Shown one piece after another: positions 8,164-18,410 of a stretch of 30,589 nt of DNA. Positions within the stretch are counted from its first letter, which is position 1. Every line of letters begins with the position of its first letter. Under the pieces are notes generated by a model that saw only the letters and a program-made list of their open reading frames with translations, was not told where the DNA came from and did no database searches. The translations under genes were made by a program, and so were the position numbers. Origin of the DNA: a virus (lineage: Duplodnaviria > Caudoviricetes); IMG/VR virus record IMGVR_UViG_3300037479_000058, positions 1 to 30,589 of that record. The stretch is one strand, 5' to 3'.

Positions 8164-11100
8164 ATGGCTACATCCGACGAACTTTTAAAGTCTGGTTCGA
8201 CTGAAAGAGGAGCGAACCAGTACCAAAACCAGGAAGCTGCTATCTTTTCCAACTCGTACGGTGGGTGGAACAACACTGCCAACCCGCTAAACTTACCGTA
8301 TGAAGACAGTCCTTTGATGCGTAACGTGGTCACGGACACTTCTGGAGCCATAGTAAAGAGAAAAGGCACGAGGGTGGTATACAGAAACGTAGCAGCATAC
8401 AGTAACGTTACTCTTATGCCTGTCGCCACTGCCCTCGACTATAACTTACTGTGCCTCAAAGCTGGAGTAGACCTAGAAGTTTATGAGCTGAACAACAACT
8501 TAGCAACAAAGCTCATCACTAAGAGCAACGTGTGGTCTTCTGTAGTATCCCAAACAAGAGCGTCGTGGGTTCTAACATCTGAGCCAGAGCCTAGACTACT
8601 TATCGTGACTGGTGGAAACAAGCCAGTTCAAGTTCAGTTCGTTGAAAAGCAGTCGACATCGAGCGGCGGCACATCTGTTGTTTTCTCGTCGGCAGCTTCA
8701 GTGCAGCTAGCAAGCACTTCTAACGCTATCTTGTGGGTCAACAGGCAGAGATACACAGGCTCAGTGTCGTACTCATATAACAGTGGAACTCAGCAACTAA
8801 CAGCCACTTTGGGTACTTCTCTTACTAGCGGTGATGTTGTTGATATCACAGTCATCTGTTGGCAGTGGTGGGCAGAAGCTCAACACTGGTATGGAGACAG
8901 GCTCTTTGGATCTGAAACCAGGTTCAACGCGGTGCCAGCAGATCAAGTAGTGAAGATACCTTCTCGCTTGACAGTTGACCTAGACCCAACGGATAACGTT
9001 GCTAGAAGCTGGTCTACTTATGCTTGGCGAGAGTCGTCTCGTTTGAGCGTTTTGCCAGCCTTCACTAGAGTTACCACTGGTAAACCAAACACTGACCTGG
9101 AGTACTGGTTTTCAGACGGTAAGCGCTACAACTACAGCACAAACAACATCACCAACGCATCTCCGTTCTACATAACATATGGTAGAACTATGACGACGGC
9201 TACCTCGCCATCTACTGTTATAACTGACCCTACAACTGTTTTCTTCACGAGAGACAGGTCTTTGAAGTTCAGGGGTGGTACTGGTCAGTCCACTTCGTTG
9301 ATAGATGTTTATGTGGATGGGACTTTACGCACAAGATACACAGCTGTAGCTGGATCTACATACCTACAGTATGGTTTGAAGGATAGTGCTAAAGCCTTCT
9401 TATCAGGTGCCGGTACAGCATACTACGTTGAGTTTGCTGCCGAAGCTCAGATAGGAGTTAACCCGCTTTCCTACGCTGAGTTCGTAAACAAGGAAGCTAC
9501 TCACATAGGAAGTGCTGCCACGACGTCTCGATACTCTGCATCAACTGTTGATGGGTCCTACGTACCCATATATGGCTTAGGAGTTTATGCTGACTACTTG
9601 AACGGCTTTTACCCGTCAGTTGTCTCAACATATCAGAACAGGATAGTTTTAGGTGGTTTCAACCATCGTCCGATGCTTGTACTTTTCAGCAACGTGTCCG
9701 ACAGTGTCACTGCCGGAACTAGATATAACTTTTTCCAGATAACAGATGATGATCTAGCGTTACGAGACACGTCACCTTTTGATGTTGAGTTGGATAAGCG
9801 CGGAAGTGATGATAGAGTTGTTTCACTTATAGAGTGGGAGCGCTCGCTCTTTGTCTTGGCTCGAAGAGCTACTTATAGACTTTCTGGTTCAGCTGAAAAA
9901 GGTTTGAAGTTTGACAACAAGTTCGTAACTTTTCTTTCTAGTACGGGTTGTGTTAACTCAAACTGTGTTGTTCAGACAGAAACTAACATCAACTACCTGG
10001 GCGACAACGGGCTTTATAACCTCACTCCTCGTATCGAAGACGGTGAGTTTAAAGTTGACGAGAAGTCGCTGAAGATACGAAAGCAGTTCGGAGCTACGAG
10101 TGACCCAAGTTACGAAGAGCTTGCTTGGCTAGCGTATGATCCGCAAGAAAAGTACATCTACGTAGGCTATCCATCAACTGGGAACTTGTGGACTTCTGTT
10201 TTTTTATATGTCTACAACACTACAAGAGAAAGTTGGACTGAGTTTGACACACAAGGGTACTTCAGAGCTTTCGATGCTATACCTTTCGTTGATAGAACCG
10301 TAGGTCAAGTCTTTTTGATGGCATGTACAACGGAGCAAAACGAGAGCGGAGGCTCTACACAAGGTAGACCTGAAAACCTCATACTACTTAAGTTTTCGGA
10401 CTCTCACTATGTTGACTACTACGACATAAGAGGTCGGGCTTCCCTCGTAGAAACTTATCCAACGTTGCAAGTACCTGATATACAGTTCGTAACTGGAAAC
10501 GCTTGGGAACAAACTTTCAAGCACTCATACGAGAGCATAGGACAGTTTCGTGGATATAGACCACTACCGTTTACTGATGTTGAGGATGTAGTTTGCTACG
10601 TCTCACCTCCATCAGCAGCTTCAAGCTATCTCTCGTATCCAGGAGGTTGGACTAAAAAGCCAGGTGACTTTTTCTACATCAACAACAGGGTACCGACTGG
10701 TACTTCAGTATCTTTTAGGTGGAAGCCAAACAACGGTTTAGTTAACGCTCAAGGTTATAGCCATATGGTTGTGTGGGTAAACAGAGCTGTGTACACTGGA
10801 TGGACTTTATCTGGTAGTGGCGCAGTTAACGACAAGTACATGACTCTTCCATCCTCGGTACCTGTAAACGCTTTTGTTGAGTGGGGTTTTATATATAGCG
10901 CAGTTTACAGCTCACCAGTTTTTCTGAACAACGCTATGCCGACTCAGAAGCGCTTGAAGCACCTATATCTTTTCTTTGATAACGATGGTGGGCAAGATGT
11001 GTACAGAAGCTTTGATGTTAACACCACGCAAAGCCCTGCACAAGATCCCGAGGAGATCACAGATCACTATAAAACTAGAGTGAACGCAAACATATCAGTC

Positions 11101-11358
11101 ACATATAACGCCAACAACGAGGGTTTTTACAACTCTGATATCTATGGTTTTAGTGACTTATACTTCGACGAGGGTGTTTTCGACTACGATCCTGCTGCTG
11201 AGCAAGGTCACACGTACAGCCTCTTTAAAGAGCCTATCCAGGGTGTAGGCTACTCATACCAGGCTAGCGTATGGTCTTACGACGAGGCGAAGTTTAAACT
11301 GAGTGGTTACCAGATAACGGTGAGAACGAAAGGTCAGATGTATACAGGGAGGTTCTGA
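8164..11358 (+). CDS. Tail nozzle / tail tubular protein B (T7 gp12-like)
   Basis: 1064 aa, beta-rich. Contains SYGGWN...MRNV...GAIVKRKGT and GFYPSVVSTYQNRIVLGG motifs, and follows the adaptor. Confidence 0.8.
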   Translation: MATSDELLKSGSTERGANQYQNQEAAIFSNSYGGWNNTANPLNLPYEDSPLMRNVVTDTSGAIVKRKGTRVVYRNVAAYSNVTLMPVATALDYNLLCLKAGVDLEVYELNNNLATKLITKSNVWSSVVSQTRASWVLTSEPEPRLLIVTGGNKPVQVQFVEKQSTSSGGTSVVFSSAASVQLASTSNAILWVNRQRYTGSVSYSYNSGTQQLTATLGTSLTSGDVVDITVICWQWWAEAQHWYGDRLFGSETRFNAVPADQVVKIPSRLTVDLDPTDNVARSWSTYAWRESSRLSVLPAFTRVTTGKPNTDLEYWFSDGKRYNYSTNNITNASPFYITYGRTMTTATSPSTVITDPTTVFFTRDRSLKFRGGTGQSTSLIDVYVDGTLRTRYTAVAGSTYLQYGLKDSAKAFLSGAGTAYYVEFAAEAQIGVNPLSYAEFVNKEATHIGSAATTSRYSASTVDGSYVPIYGLGVYADYLNGFYPSVVSTYQNRIVLGGFNHRPMLVLFSNVSDSVTAGTRYNFFQITDDDLALRDTSPFDVELDKRGSDDRVVSLIEWERSLFVLARRATYRLSGSAEKGLKFDNKFVTFLSSTGCVNSNCVVQTETNINYLGDNGLYNLTPRIEDGEFKVDEKSLKIRKQFGATSDPSYEELAWLAYDPQEKYIYVGYPSTGNLWTSVFLYVYNTTRESWTEFDTQGYFRAFDAIPFVDRTVGQVFLMACTTEQNESGGSTQGRPENLILLKFSDSHYVDYYDIRGRASLVETYPTLQVPDIQFVTGNAWEQTFKHSYESIGQFRGYRPLPFTDVEDVVCYVSPPSAASSYLSYPGGWTKKPGDFFYINNRVPTGTSVSFRWKPNNGLVNAQGYSHMVVWVNRAVYTGWTLSGSGAVNDKYMTLPSSVPVNAFVEWGFIYSAVYSSPVFLNNAMPTQKRLKHLYLFFDNDGGQDVYRSFDVNTTQSPAQDPEEITDHYKTRVNANISVTYNANNEGFYNSDIYGFSDLYFDEGVFDYDPAAEQGHTYSLFKEPIQGVGYSYQASVWSYDEAKFKLSGYQITVRTKGQMYTGRF

Positions 11359-12074
11359 TGAGAGTTGAAGACGTTCTAAGGACTGTAAAACAAGCTGTCG
11401 CGATATATGAGGCTTCAAAAGAAGTTGTTGTCGCAGTTCAGACAGCTCTGAAAGCGCTAGGTTTGTACGACGACACAGTAGATGGTTTGGCTGGCAAAAA
11501 CACTCGTAAAGCTTTGAACGACTTCAAAGATAAAGAGTTCTTGGGCAGACCTGACATGCTTGGAGAAACTACAGCAGAGGCTCTTATCGAAGCCTATAGC
11601 GAACGCAAAACACCTCAGGATGTATCTAACAGCCGCATATCTCCAACTCCCTTCGCACATATCCCAGGTATCTCTCAGAGGGTTTCTACTGCATCTCTTA
11701 TCCTACCTGTAGGTCACTTTACTTGGGGTGAAGCTACTAAAGGACTAACGAGGCTTCCTGACTCTGCGTTGGTGACTACCAACATCATCAAGGTGGCTAA
11801 AGTTCTAGAGGAAGTTAGAGAACTTTTCGGTGGTAAGCCTATCATCGTTACTTCTTGGTACCGACCCGCGAAGATCAACAAAGCTGTAGGAGGAGTTTCA
11901 AACTCTCGTCACATCCTTGGTGATGCTGTAGACTTTCAGGTCAAAGGTGTTCATCCTACAGAAGTTCAGAAGAAGTTAGACAGTTGGTATGGAAGTAGAG
12001 GTGGTTTAGCTTCTGCAACTACTTTTACACATATAGATACACGAGGTTACAAAGCACGTTGGAGGTACAACTGA
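11358..12074 (+). CDS. Endolysin: peptidoglycan-binding domain + peptidase M15 (Zn)
   Basis: VQTALKALGLYDDTVDGLAGKNTRKAL is a PG-binding motif. SWYR...NKAVGGVSNSRH..GDAVD...HID matches peptidase M15. Confidence 0.88.
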   Translation: MRVEDVLRTVKQAVAIYEASKEVVVAVQTALKALGLYDDTVDGLAGKNTRKALNDFKDKEFLGRPDMLGETTAEALIEAYSERKTPQDVSNSRISPTPFAHIPGISQRVSTASLILPVGHFTWGEATKGLTRLPDSALVTTNIIKVAKVLEEVRELFGGKPIIVTSWYRPAKINKAVGGVSNSRHILGDAVDFQVKGVHPTEVQKKLDSWYGSRGGLASATTFTHIDTRGYKARWRYN

Positions 12075-12075
12075 T

Positions 12076-12435
12076 ATGGCTGATATGATGTCTTATGACT
12101 ATGCTCAAAAAGTAAAGGCTTGGAGAAGTGATGGGAGACCTGCAAACGGTGTTACCCCGAACTCTGCAGCACAACACTCAGTTGCGCTTGCTGCTTCTGG
12201 TGTTGCTAACTTTACTTCTGGTTCTGATGAAGTGATGGTCATCATTTCAGCATCAGGAAACGTTCATATCGCTTTAGATGGAGCTGCTCCAAGTTCAACT
12301 ACAGGCATCAGAACGGGAACTGGTGACCAAAGCATCATGCTTCCTTGTAAACCTGCTACTGTCAACGCAGTTAGGGTGTATAACGACACTGGTGCTGCTG
12401 TTGATGTGACAGTACAGTTTCTAGAGGCAGTATAG
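12076..12435 (+). CDS. Small beta-rich virion-associated protein
   Basis: 119 aa, SD GGAGG, within the late operon. Confidence 0.65.
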   Translation: MADMMSYDYAQKVKAWRSDGRPANGVTPNSAAQHSVALAASGVANFTSGSDEVMVIISASGNVHIALDGAAPSSTTGIRTGTGDQSIMLPCKPATVNAVRVYNDTGAAVDVTVQFLEAV

Positions 12436-12436
12436 T

Positions 12437-13234
12437 ATGGGTTTTGGGAACTTTGTAACTAGCGTAAAACTATCTGAAAACAAACTTGTTTTCAACAGAT
12501 CTAGGACTGCCATGGCAGGAGTTACTCCACAGTTTAACCCGCTTTTTTTACCTGGACTAAAAGTGTGGCTGGAAGCTGAGAACGGACTTACGTCTTCTGT
12601 GTCGTGGGCAGATAGGACTGGGAACGTAACTCTAGTACCAGTGTCAACATATGTTGCACCAACTCGTATCGCTGGTGGTTTGAACGGAAAAGCCTACGCC
12701 AACTTCGGTGTCGGTAACTGCTACATACGTGGCACACTGACTTCAACTATAAACTCACCATGTATGTATGGGGTTATCTACTGGGCTGATACGCAAGCAG
12801 GAGTTGCAGAGCTGTCAACATCGGATACTCTAGGAAACTCTCATACTATGCTGTTCAACGATGCAGGCTACTTTGCCTCGTCATATCTTTTTAGGGCAAA
12901 CCCAGTAACCGATGGTTTTGCGAACAGAGTTGAACTAACTGGAACATATAACACGACTTTCAAGTGGCAAGTCTTTGCTTTTTACTCTACTTCAAAAACA
13001 CAGTTTAGGGCTAAGGTGTGGGAAGGCTCTCGATATACTACCGATCTAGTTTCACCAACCTACTCAACCTGGACCAGAAACGCTACTCATATAGGTATGG
13101 GTTCTCTTATAGCTGCGCCCACATCATACTTTTTCGGAGGATCGGTCGCGGAACTCGTCATCTACTCCGGAAGCCATACTGAGATAGAGTCGAACCTTGT
13201 CATAAACTACCTTCGTTTTAAGTACGCACTATAG
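12437..13234 (+). CDS. Concanavalin A/LamG-like virion protein
   Basis: LKVWLEAENG...VSWADRTGN N-terminal and GSVAELVIYS...NYLRFKY C-terminal patterns typical of phage LamG-like proteins. Confidence 0.65.
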   Translation: MGFGNFVTSVKLSENKLVFNRSRTAMAGVTPQFNPLFLPGLKVWLEAENGLTSSVSWADRTGNVTLVPVSTYVAPTRIAGGLNGKAYANFGVGNCYIRGTLTSTINSPCMYGVIYWADTQAGVAELSTSDTLGNSHTMLFNDAGYFASSYLFRANPVTDGFANRVELTGTYNTTFKWQVFAFYSTSKTQFRAKVWEGSRYTTDLVSPTYSTWTRNATHIGMGSLIAAPTSYFFGGSVAELVIYSGSHTEIESNLVINYLRFKYAL

Positions 13235-13247
13235 GAGGACTGACATC

Positions 13248-13628
13248 ATGGCTATAGAAAGAGCCATACGAGACGAAGACTTAGCTATAGTAGAAGCTTT
13301 GACTGTTGACAACGATACTATCCACACTATCGCAGGAGGCGCTTCTCTTGAACTAACTATACCTATACCTGCTACTGAGGCTGGAGTATATGTTTATGGT
13401 ATCTCACCAGGCATACAACTAACATACTATAAAGAAGGTATGATGGGTTCAAAACTGTTACTTCCGGCAGCTTCTAAAAACATATATATCGACAAAGATG
13501 CGGACGGCTCTGTAAACCTTTTTTTAGGTCTTACTAACATAACAGCAAACTCTCTTGACGTACGAGTACGCTTCAAGAGAGTTGCATCACGACTGAAACC
13601 ACGTACGTTAGCGAGGTTACTTGCATGA
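13248..13628 (+). CDS. Hypothetical protein
   Basis: 126 aa, SD AGGAGG upstream. Confidence 0.7.
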   Translation: MAIERAIRDEDLAIVEALTVDNDTIHTIAGGASLELTIPIPATEAGVYVYGISPGIQLTYYKEGMMGSKLLLPAASKNIYIDKDADGSVNLFLGLTNITANSLDVRVRFKRVASRLKPRTLARLLA

Positions 13629-13777
13629 ACATAGAAAAACATCAAACAACTGTCATCTTGATACTACTCATCGTAGTAACAGGCTTCCTCGGATATGTAG
13701 GCAAGATGAACCCTGAAAACGTTCTTTTTACTATAGCAGGCGCGGTAGCTGGCATGGCAGTACCCAAGAGAGACTAA
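13625..13777 (+). CDS. 50-aa two-TM membrane protein, holin candidate
   Basis: MNIEKHQTTVILILLIVVTGFLGYVGKMNPENVLFTIAGAVAGMAVPKRD. ATGA overlap with the upstream gene and followed by a terminator. Not in the ORF track. Confidence 0.72.
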   Translation: MNIEKHQTTVILILLIVVTGFLGYVGKMNPENVLFTIAGAVAGMAVPKRD

Positions 13778-13780
13778 CAT

Positions 13781-13826
13781 AAAAAAAAAGAGAGAGAGAG
13801 AGAGGGCGCTTAAGCGCTCTCTTTTT
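13781..13826. terminator. Bidirectional intrinsic terminator with (AG)8 tract
   Basis: A9-(AG)n-AGAGGGCGC-TTAA-GCGCTCTCT-TTTT. Confidence 0.8.
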
Positions 13827-13886
13827 ATGTTTTGTTTAGCGTGCTTTGAAGCATGCTCCACAAGGTTAGTGTGTCACATATCTTCG

Positions 13887-13994
13887 TCACAGTTGTTCTA
13901 TATCTTTTTGATATATCTCTAGGACTTTTCTACTTTTTTCTAGTCTAGATAAGACATCAAACAAGTTTTCTTTAGTTAACGCTCTGTCTGACAT
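13887..13994 (-). CDS. Putative 35-aa antisense small protein (MSDRALTKENLFDVLSRLEKSRKVLEIYQKDIEQL)
   Basis: Lies between a - strand sigma70-like promoter and the bidirectional terminator. SD spacing is poor. Confidence 0.4.
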   Translation of the reverse strand: MSDRALTKENLFDVLSRLEKSRKVLEIYQKDIEQL

Positions 13995-14021
13995 ATCCTT
14001 TTCATCATCTTCTTACTTTTA

Positions 14022-14049
14022 AAGCTAACACAGCTAAAAAAGTTGTCAA
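14022..14049 (-). promoter_or_regulatory. Sigma70-type promoter on - strand
   Basis: TTGACA (14049-14044), 16-nt spacer, extended -10 TGt-TAGCTT (14027-14022). Confidence 0.55.
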
Positions 14050-14072
14050 GCGTTTTTGGAGGTTTTTTATAT

Positions 14073-15257
14073 ATGGGAGCGGCTCCAGTAGTTTCAGGTG
14101 TTTTAGGGGCAGCAAACGTGATAGGTGGCATGAGCCAGGCATCTGCTCAACGAAGGGCACAGAACGCACAGGCTAAGCAGAACGCTAGAGCTTTACAGGC
14201 ATCACTTCTTATCGAGAGACAAAACGCTGTAGATCAAGAGGCACTAGAAGCTTCACAACTAAAGCTCGCGAGGCAGTTCGCATCGCAACAAGCGACTATG
14301 TCGCAGCTTCAAAGGCAGTCCGAGAGTCAAGCTTTTGATGCAGCCATGAGAGTTCAAGGTCTGCAAGAACGTATGGGCATAGAAAGGGCTAGGATGCAGA
14401 ACGAGTCAGAGCTGGCTAACGCGAGGTTGGCAGAGATAGCGACAAGAGGTCAGGCTACAAGACAAAGGTTCGGAGCTGAGATGAAGGCTGTTGAAGGTGA
14501 AAGTCAAGCGTCACGGCTTCAGACGGCAGTGGCAGATCAGAGTATCCAAGCTCTTAACCAGGCGCGACAACAGTTTGGTCAAAGTGAGATAGATAGAGAT
14601 GCCTCCTTTGCAACAGATCCAGATAGTGATATAGCTCAAGCTCAACGTGCAGCCTCTATGAGAGAAGGTTTCACAGGAGCCACTGATATATCTCGAAAGA
14701 CTGACATATATGAAGATGAGGCTAGAGTTCAGGCTGACTATATCAGAAGCATCTCAAAAACTCTACGAGATATGGGTATCTCTGAGGCAGATGCTATGGA
14801 GGCGGCTGGAGCAGTTGCCGAAGGTATAGCAAGAGCTGGTTACGACCTTGCTAACATAGACTTGAACGCAGCCTTAGCTCTAGGTCAACAAGAAAGAGAT
14901 ATCCAGAGAACTTCTTTCTACGCGAACCAAGACCAACAGAAGCGTGCTGAAGAGATGGACTTATCAGCTAGGAACCTAGCTTTTGATACAGCTGAGGCTA
15001 CTAGTAAGCTGAACCTACGCAAGTCTCTAGAGAGTGTGGAAAGGCAAGCTAAGTACAACACACAGTTTGGCGCTTCCTCGCCAAGTGGACTCAGTAACGC
15101 CCTTCAGTTAGCATCGGGAGCCTACGGAGTATATCAACAGATGAAAACCCCAACTACACCAAAACAGCAAAGCGACTTCGGCGTCTCTCGTGTAGTTATG
15201 CCAAGCCTCTTGGCAAGTAACCCTTATACTTATCCTTCTAGTCAAGTTCAGAGGTAG
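14073..15257 (+). CDS. Internal virion (ejection) protein, gp14-like; start revised to ATG 14073
   Basis: SD GGAGG at 14058-14062. Gly/Ala-rich N-terminus followed by a long A/Q/R helix. First of the internal-protein block. Confidence 0.72.
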   Translation: MGAAPVVSGVLGAANVIGGMSQASAQRRAQNAQAKQNARALQASLLIERQNAVDQEALEASQLKLARQFASQQATMSQLQRQSESQAFDAAMRVQGLQERMGIERARMQNESELANARLAEIATRGQATRQRFGAEMKAVEGESQASRLQTAVADQSIQALNQARQQFGQSEIDRDASFATDPDSDIAQAQRAASMREGFTGATDISRKTDIYEDEARVQADYIRSISKTLRDMGISEADAMEAAGAVAEGIARAGYDLANIDLNAALALGQQERDIQRTSFYANQDQQKRAEEMDLSARNLAFDTAEATSKLNLRKSLESVERQAKYNTQFGASSPSGLSNALQLASGAYGVYQQMKTPTTPKQQSDFGVSRVVMPSLLASNPYTYPSSQVQR

Positions 15258-15261
15258 ATAT

Positions 15262-18200
15262 ATGCCCGATATCCTAAGGTTAGTTGGCACAGACACTTCT
15301 CCAACACAGCCTGTTCAAGTCCAAACACCTAGAGGTTTTCATCAAAGTCAAGCTTCTGGCGCCATCTTGCAGTCAGTACCTAGTACAAGACCTGTGCAAC
15401 AAGCTCTTCAGTCTTCTCAGCAGAGCCTTAGTTCAGCCCTTTCTGACTATAGTGTAGGTTTGAACACAAGAGCACAAAGAGACTTGGAAGTAGTCCAGGC
15501 GCAACAACAGTCAGCTCTAAGACAGAGCATGGCTAAAGCAGCAGCTCAGGCACAGCGAGGCGAAGTCATATCCTCCCTCGCCCAAACTGCAGCGCAGTAC
15601 TTGCTACAAAGAAAGCAAGTAGACGAAGCGGCTAGAGTAAGAGCTGAAGAGGTTCTGAAGGAGCAAAGAAAGACGAACTACACTAACGCAACGCTAGCTC
15701 TAAACGAACTTAAAAGCGAGGCAGCCAACGGTGGCTTCAAGCAAAAAGGAACAGGAGTTTATACCAACTCAGCTTTAGAACTTATACAAAGCACCGACTT
15801 AGACGAAGAAGATAGACGCGCTCTTATAAAAGACTTTTACTCAGCTCGTGACGACTATGAGTCTAAAGAGCGTTCTGTGAGAGAGGCTGCTATCAAGGAC
15901 ATGAGAGTGGCTGCACGAGAGCGAGAGAAGCAGCAGCACCTCTTAGATCTTCAGCCTACCTTCTCATCAGTCAAAGACAACCCTTATGCCGACCCCAACA
16001 TAGCTTTGCAGAAGTTACGAGAGAAGATAAGCATCACCTTCTCGAACGAAGACTACACGCCATCGGAAAAGGATGATATGGTGGCTGCACTGATGCGGGA
16101 AGCTTCACCATATGTTGGTTCAAACGTTCAAGCTCAAGTCAAGCTAGCGCGACTTCAGCAAGATATACAAGACTTCAAAGCTTATGAGGCTGACCAAGTT
16201 CTTCAGTATCAAAACGGCGTAGTAAACAGGCAGCAACTTCTCTCGAACCTAGCCACTTTCAAAGAGGTCAAGGGCTTAAGTGGAGTCCAAGCCTATGACC
16301 CTAAGAGCGACTTAGAGTTTGCGTCCTACCAAGAGCAGCTAACCAAGACAAGAACTTCTGACGTGGAGGCAGATATAAGGACTGCAGCCGACGGGGCTGC
16401 TTTAGCGGACGACCATGCCATCAACGCGTATGCTATACAGTTGGCGACATCGATGGGCGGGGTGGGCATAGAAGAGCTTAAGAAGGTGAGAGGAGAAGAT
16501 AAGCTTACTCTAGGTGAGAAGAAAGCTGTTCTTAGAGCCGAGGCTATCAACAAGTTGAGAGAGCAAGAGGCTTCCCTAGTAAAAGAAGTAGCTTCTATAT
16601 CACAAGACGCGGCTGATGTGAACGCATCAACTCTACTTACGATGTTACGAGAGCGGAGACCACTTAGTGTTTCTGATCAAGCTGCTATATCTACGTTGCC
16701 ACAAGATGTCATAGCAAAAGCTCTTGCTGGACAACAGCTTAGCCCTGAAGAGATGAAAGCAGTTGAAGAAGCTCTCACTCAAAGAAGGACTATGGCGGGA
16801 CAAAGAGTGTCGGAGGCTTCTACAAGACTCCAGCAGACAAAAGCCCAACTAGCCCAGTTCGGCTACGTAGATAACCCAGATGAGCTAAACAAGTACTTAG
16901 TAGAAGGCACCAAGAAGTGGGAAGACTATAAGAAACGCTGGATGGATGCGTCTCAGCAGTTTATGGGAGCATATCAAAAACAACGACAAGATGAGATGTC
17001 TCAGCCTGGTTTAGGAGTCAGAAGCCCTTTTGAGTCGGGGGAAGGAGAAGGCGGCATCCTTCCCTCAGGAAAGTTCGTGAACTTACCACGTGTTAACGCT
17101 CTTGGTGACACATACATAACCGGAAAAAGAGTCATCTTACCCTTCGCCGCTGAGGATAGAAACAACATCGACGTAACTAGTCCGTGGGCTGTAGACAGAG
17201 GTGACCATAAGCATGCTGGTCTTGACATATCTGTGGATGAAGGCACTAGAGTAGTTTCTCCTATCGATGGCGTAGTGAGACAAGTTAGATATGATGCACA
17301 AGGTTATGGCTACTACGTTGATGTTTTAGGTTCAGATGGCATGATGTATAGATACGGACACCTCAAAAGGGGTTCCGTAAAAGTCAAAGCTGGGGATAAG
17401 GTAGCTGCTGGTTCTGTTTTTGCTAGTACAGGTAACACTGGAAGATCTAGTGGACCGCATCTCCACTTTGAAGTTCGAGACCCTGAAAAGCCATATGGTT
17501 TTGATGGGACTGTTGATCCAGTAGGGTATCTATCTGCGGCAAACTTTAACACAAACGTAGAAACGCAGATGAGAACTTCTGGACTAGTAGCTCCTGTAAC
17601 TGCAGCTGGTGTAACTCTAAGCTCCATCAGCGTACCAACCACTGCCGCCCCTCTCGGTAACGGTTGGTTTTTGGCAAACAACAGAGTTTATAGTTTAGGT
17701 CCTAACACAACACAAGTTGAGGATAGGGGAACATCACATGACTACTTTCACGCAGGAAGACCGATGTATAACTCATACACCCAAAGTACTTTACCCGCTG
17801 GCTCTAAAGTCATCAACGACAAAGCAGCCAACTATGGCTACAGTATCTTAGCTAAAGATGCCGAACTCAGAAAAGCGATGTCTGAAGTTGGTGACAAACT
17901 TAACATCCCAGCCATGTGGTTGGCAGATGTTATCAGTTTAGAAAGTGGTTTCGACCATAAAGTAGTAAACTCTGTAGGTGCGGTAGGTCTTATCCAGTTT
18001 ATGCCGGAAACCGCAAAAAGCCTTGGTTATACTACAGAGCAGATACGAAGCATGTCACCAGCTCAGCAAGTAAGGACTGTTGTTTACGACTATCTCAAGG
18101 ATGCTAGAACTCAGTTCAAGAGCATACACGAGCTTTACGTTTTTATCAACGGAGGCTTGTCAGGACTTCGTGCCCTGAGAAAAAACCCTCTTAGTAACTG

Positions 18201-18405
18201 GGGAGACGGTAACGGAAGGTGGAGAGAAAAGCAGTTCCTTCTTCTCGGCAAGGCTGCTGGTAGACAGTACGAGATACCTATGCTAACAAGGAAAGAGAGC
18301 CTTACTTCCGCTGTTCACACTTCTTACACAGAGGGCTGTAAAGTGTGTGCATCCTTATCTAAGTCAGGCTCAGACATCGTTCCACATCATCCACAAGTAG
18401 GTTAA
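15262..18405 (+). CDS. Internal virion protein with M23 peptidase and SLT lytic transglycosylase domains
   Basis: HAGLD, YGHL and GPHLHFEV match M23. ISLESGF...GAVGLIQFMPETA matches SLT. The N-terminal half is helical. Confidence 0.85.
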   Translation: MPDILRLVGTDTSPTQPVQVQTPRGFHQSQASGAILQSVPSTRPVQQALQSSQQSLSSALSDYSVGLNTRAQRDLEVVQAQQQSALRQSMAKAAAQAQRGEVISSLAQTAAQYLLQRKQVDEAARVRAEEVLKEQRKTNYTNATLALNELKSEAANGGFKQKGTGVYTNSALELIQSTDLDEEDRRALIKDFYSARDDYESKERSVREAAIKDMRVAAREREKQQHLLDLQPTFSSVKDNPYADPNIALQKLREKISITFSNEDYTPSEKDDMVAALMREASPYVGSNVQAQVKLARLQQDIQDFKAYEADQVLQYQNGVVNRQQLLSNLATFKEVKGLSGVQAYDPKSDLEFASYQEQLTKTRTSDVEADIRTAADGAALADDHAINAYAIQLATSMGGVGIEELKKVRGEDKLTLGEKKAVLRAEAINKLREQEASLVKEVASISQDAADVNASTLLTMLRERRPLSVSDQAAISTLPQDVIAKALAGQQLSPEEMKAVEEALTQRRTMAGQRVSEASTRLQQTKAQLAQFGYVDNPDELNKYLVEGTKKWEDYKKRWMDASQQFMGAYQKQRQDEMSQPGLGVRSPFESGEGEGGILPSGKFVNLPRVNALGDTYITGKRVILPFAAEDRNNIDVTSPWAVDRGDHKHAGLDISVDEGTRVVSPIDGVVRQVRYDAQGYGYYVDVLGSDGMMYRYGHLKRGSVKVKAGDKVAAGSVFASTGNTGRSSGPHLHFEVRDPEKPYGFDGTVDPVGYLSAANFNTNVETQMRTSGLVAPVTAAGVTLSSISVPTTAAPLGNGWFLANNRVYSLGPNTTQVEDRGTSHDYFHAGRPMYNSYTQSTLPAGSKVINDKAANYGYSILAKDAELRKAMSEVGDKLNIPAMWLADVISLESGFDHKVVNSVGAVGLIQFMPETAKSLGYTTEQIRSMSPAQQVRTVVYDYLKDARTQFKSIHELYVFINGGLSGLRALRKNPLSNWGDGNGRWREKQFLLLGKAAGRQYEIPMLTRKESLTSAVHTSYTEGCKVCASLSKSGSDIVPHHPQVG

Positions 18406-18410
18406 AGCAC

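Noticed and set aside
14043-14072. TTG start of the 404-aa ORF
   Set aside because: The GGAGG SD positions the start at ATG 14073. The extension overlaps the opposite-strand promoter.
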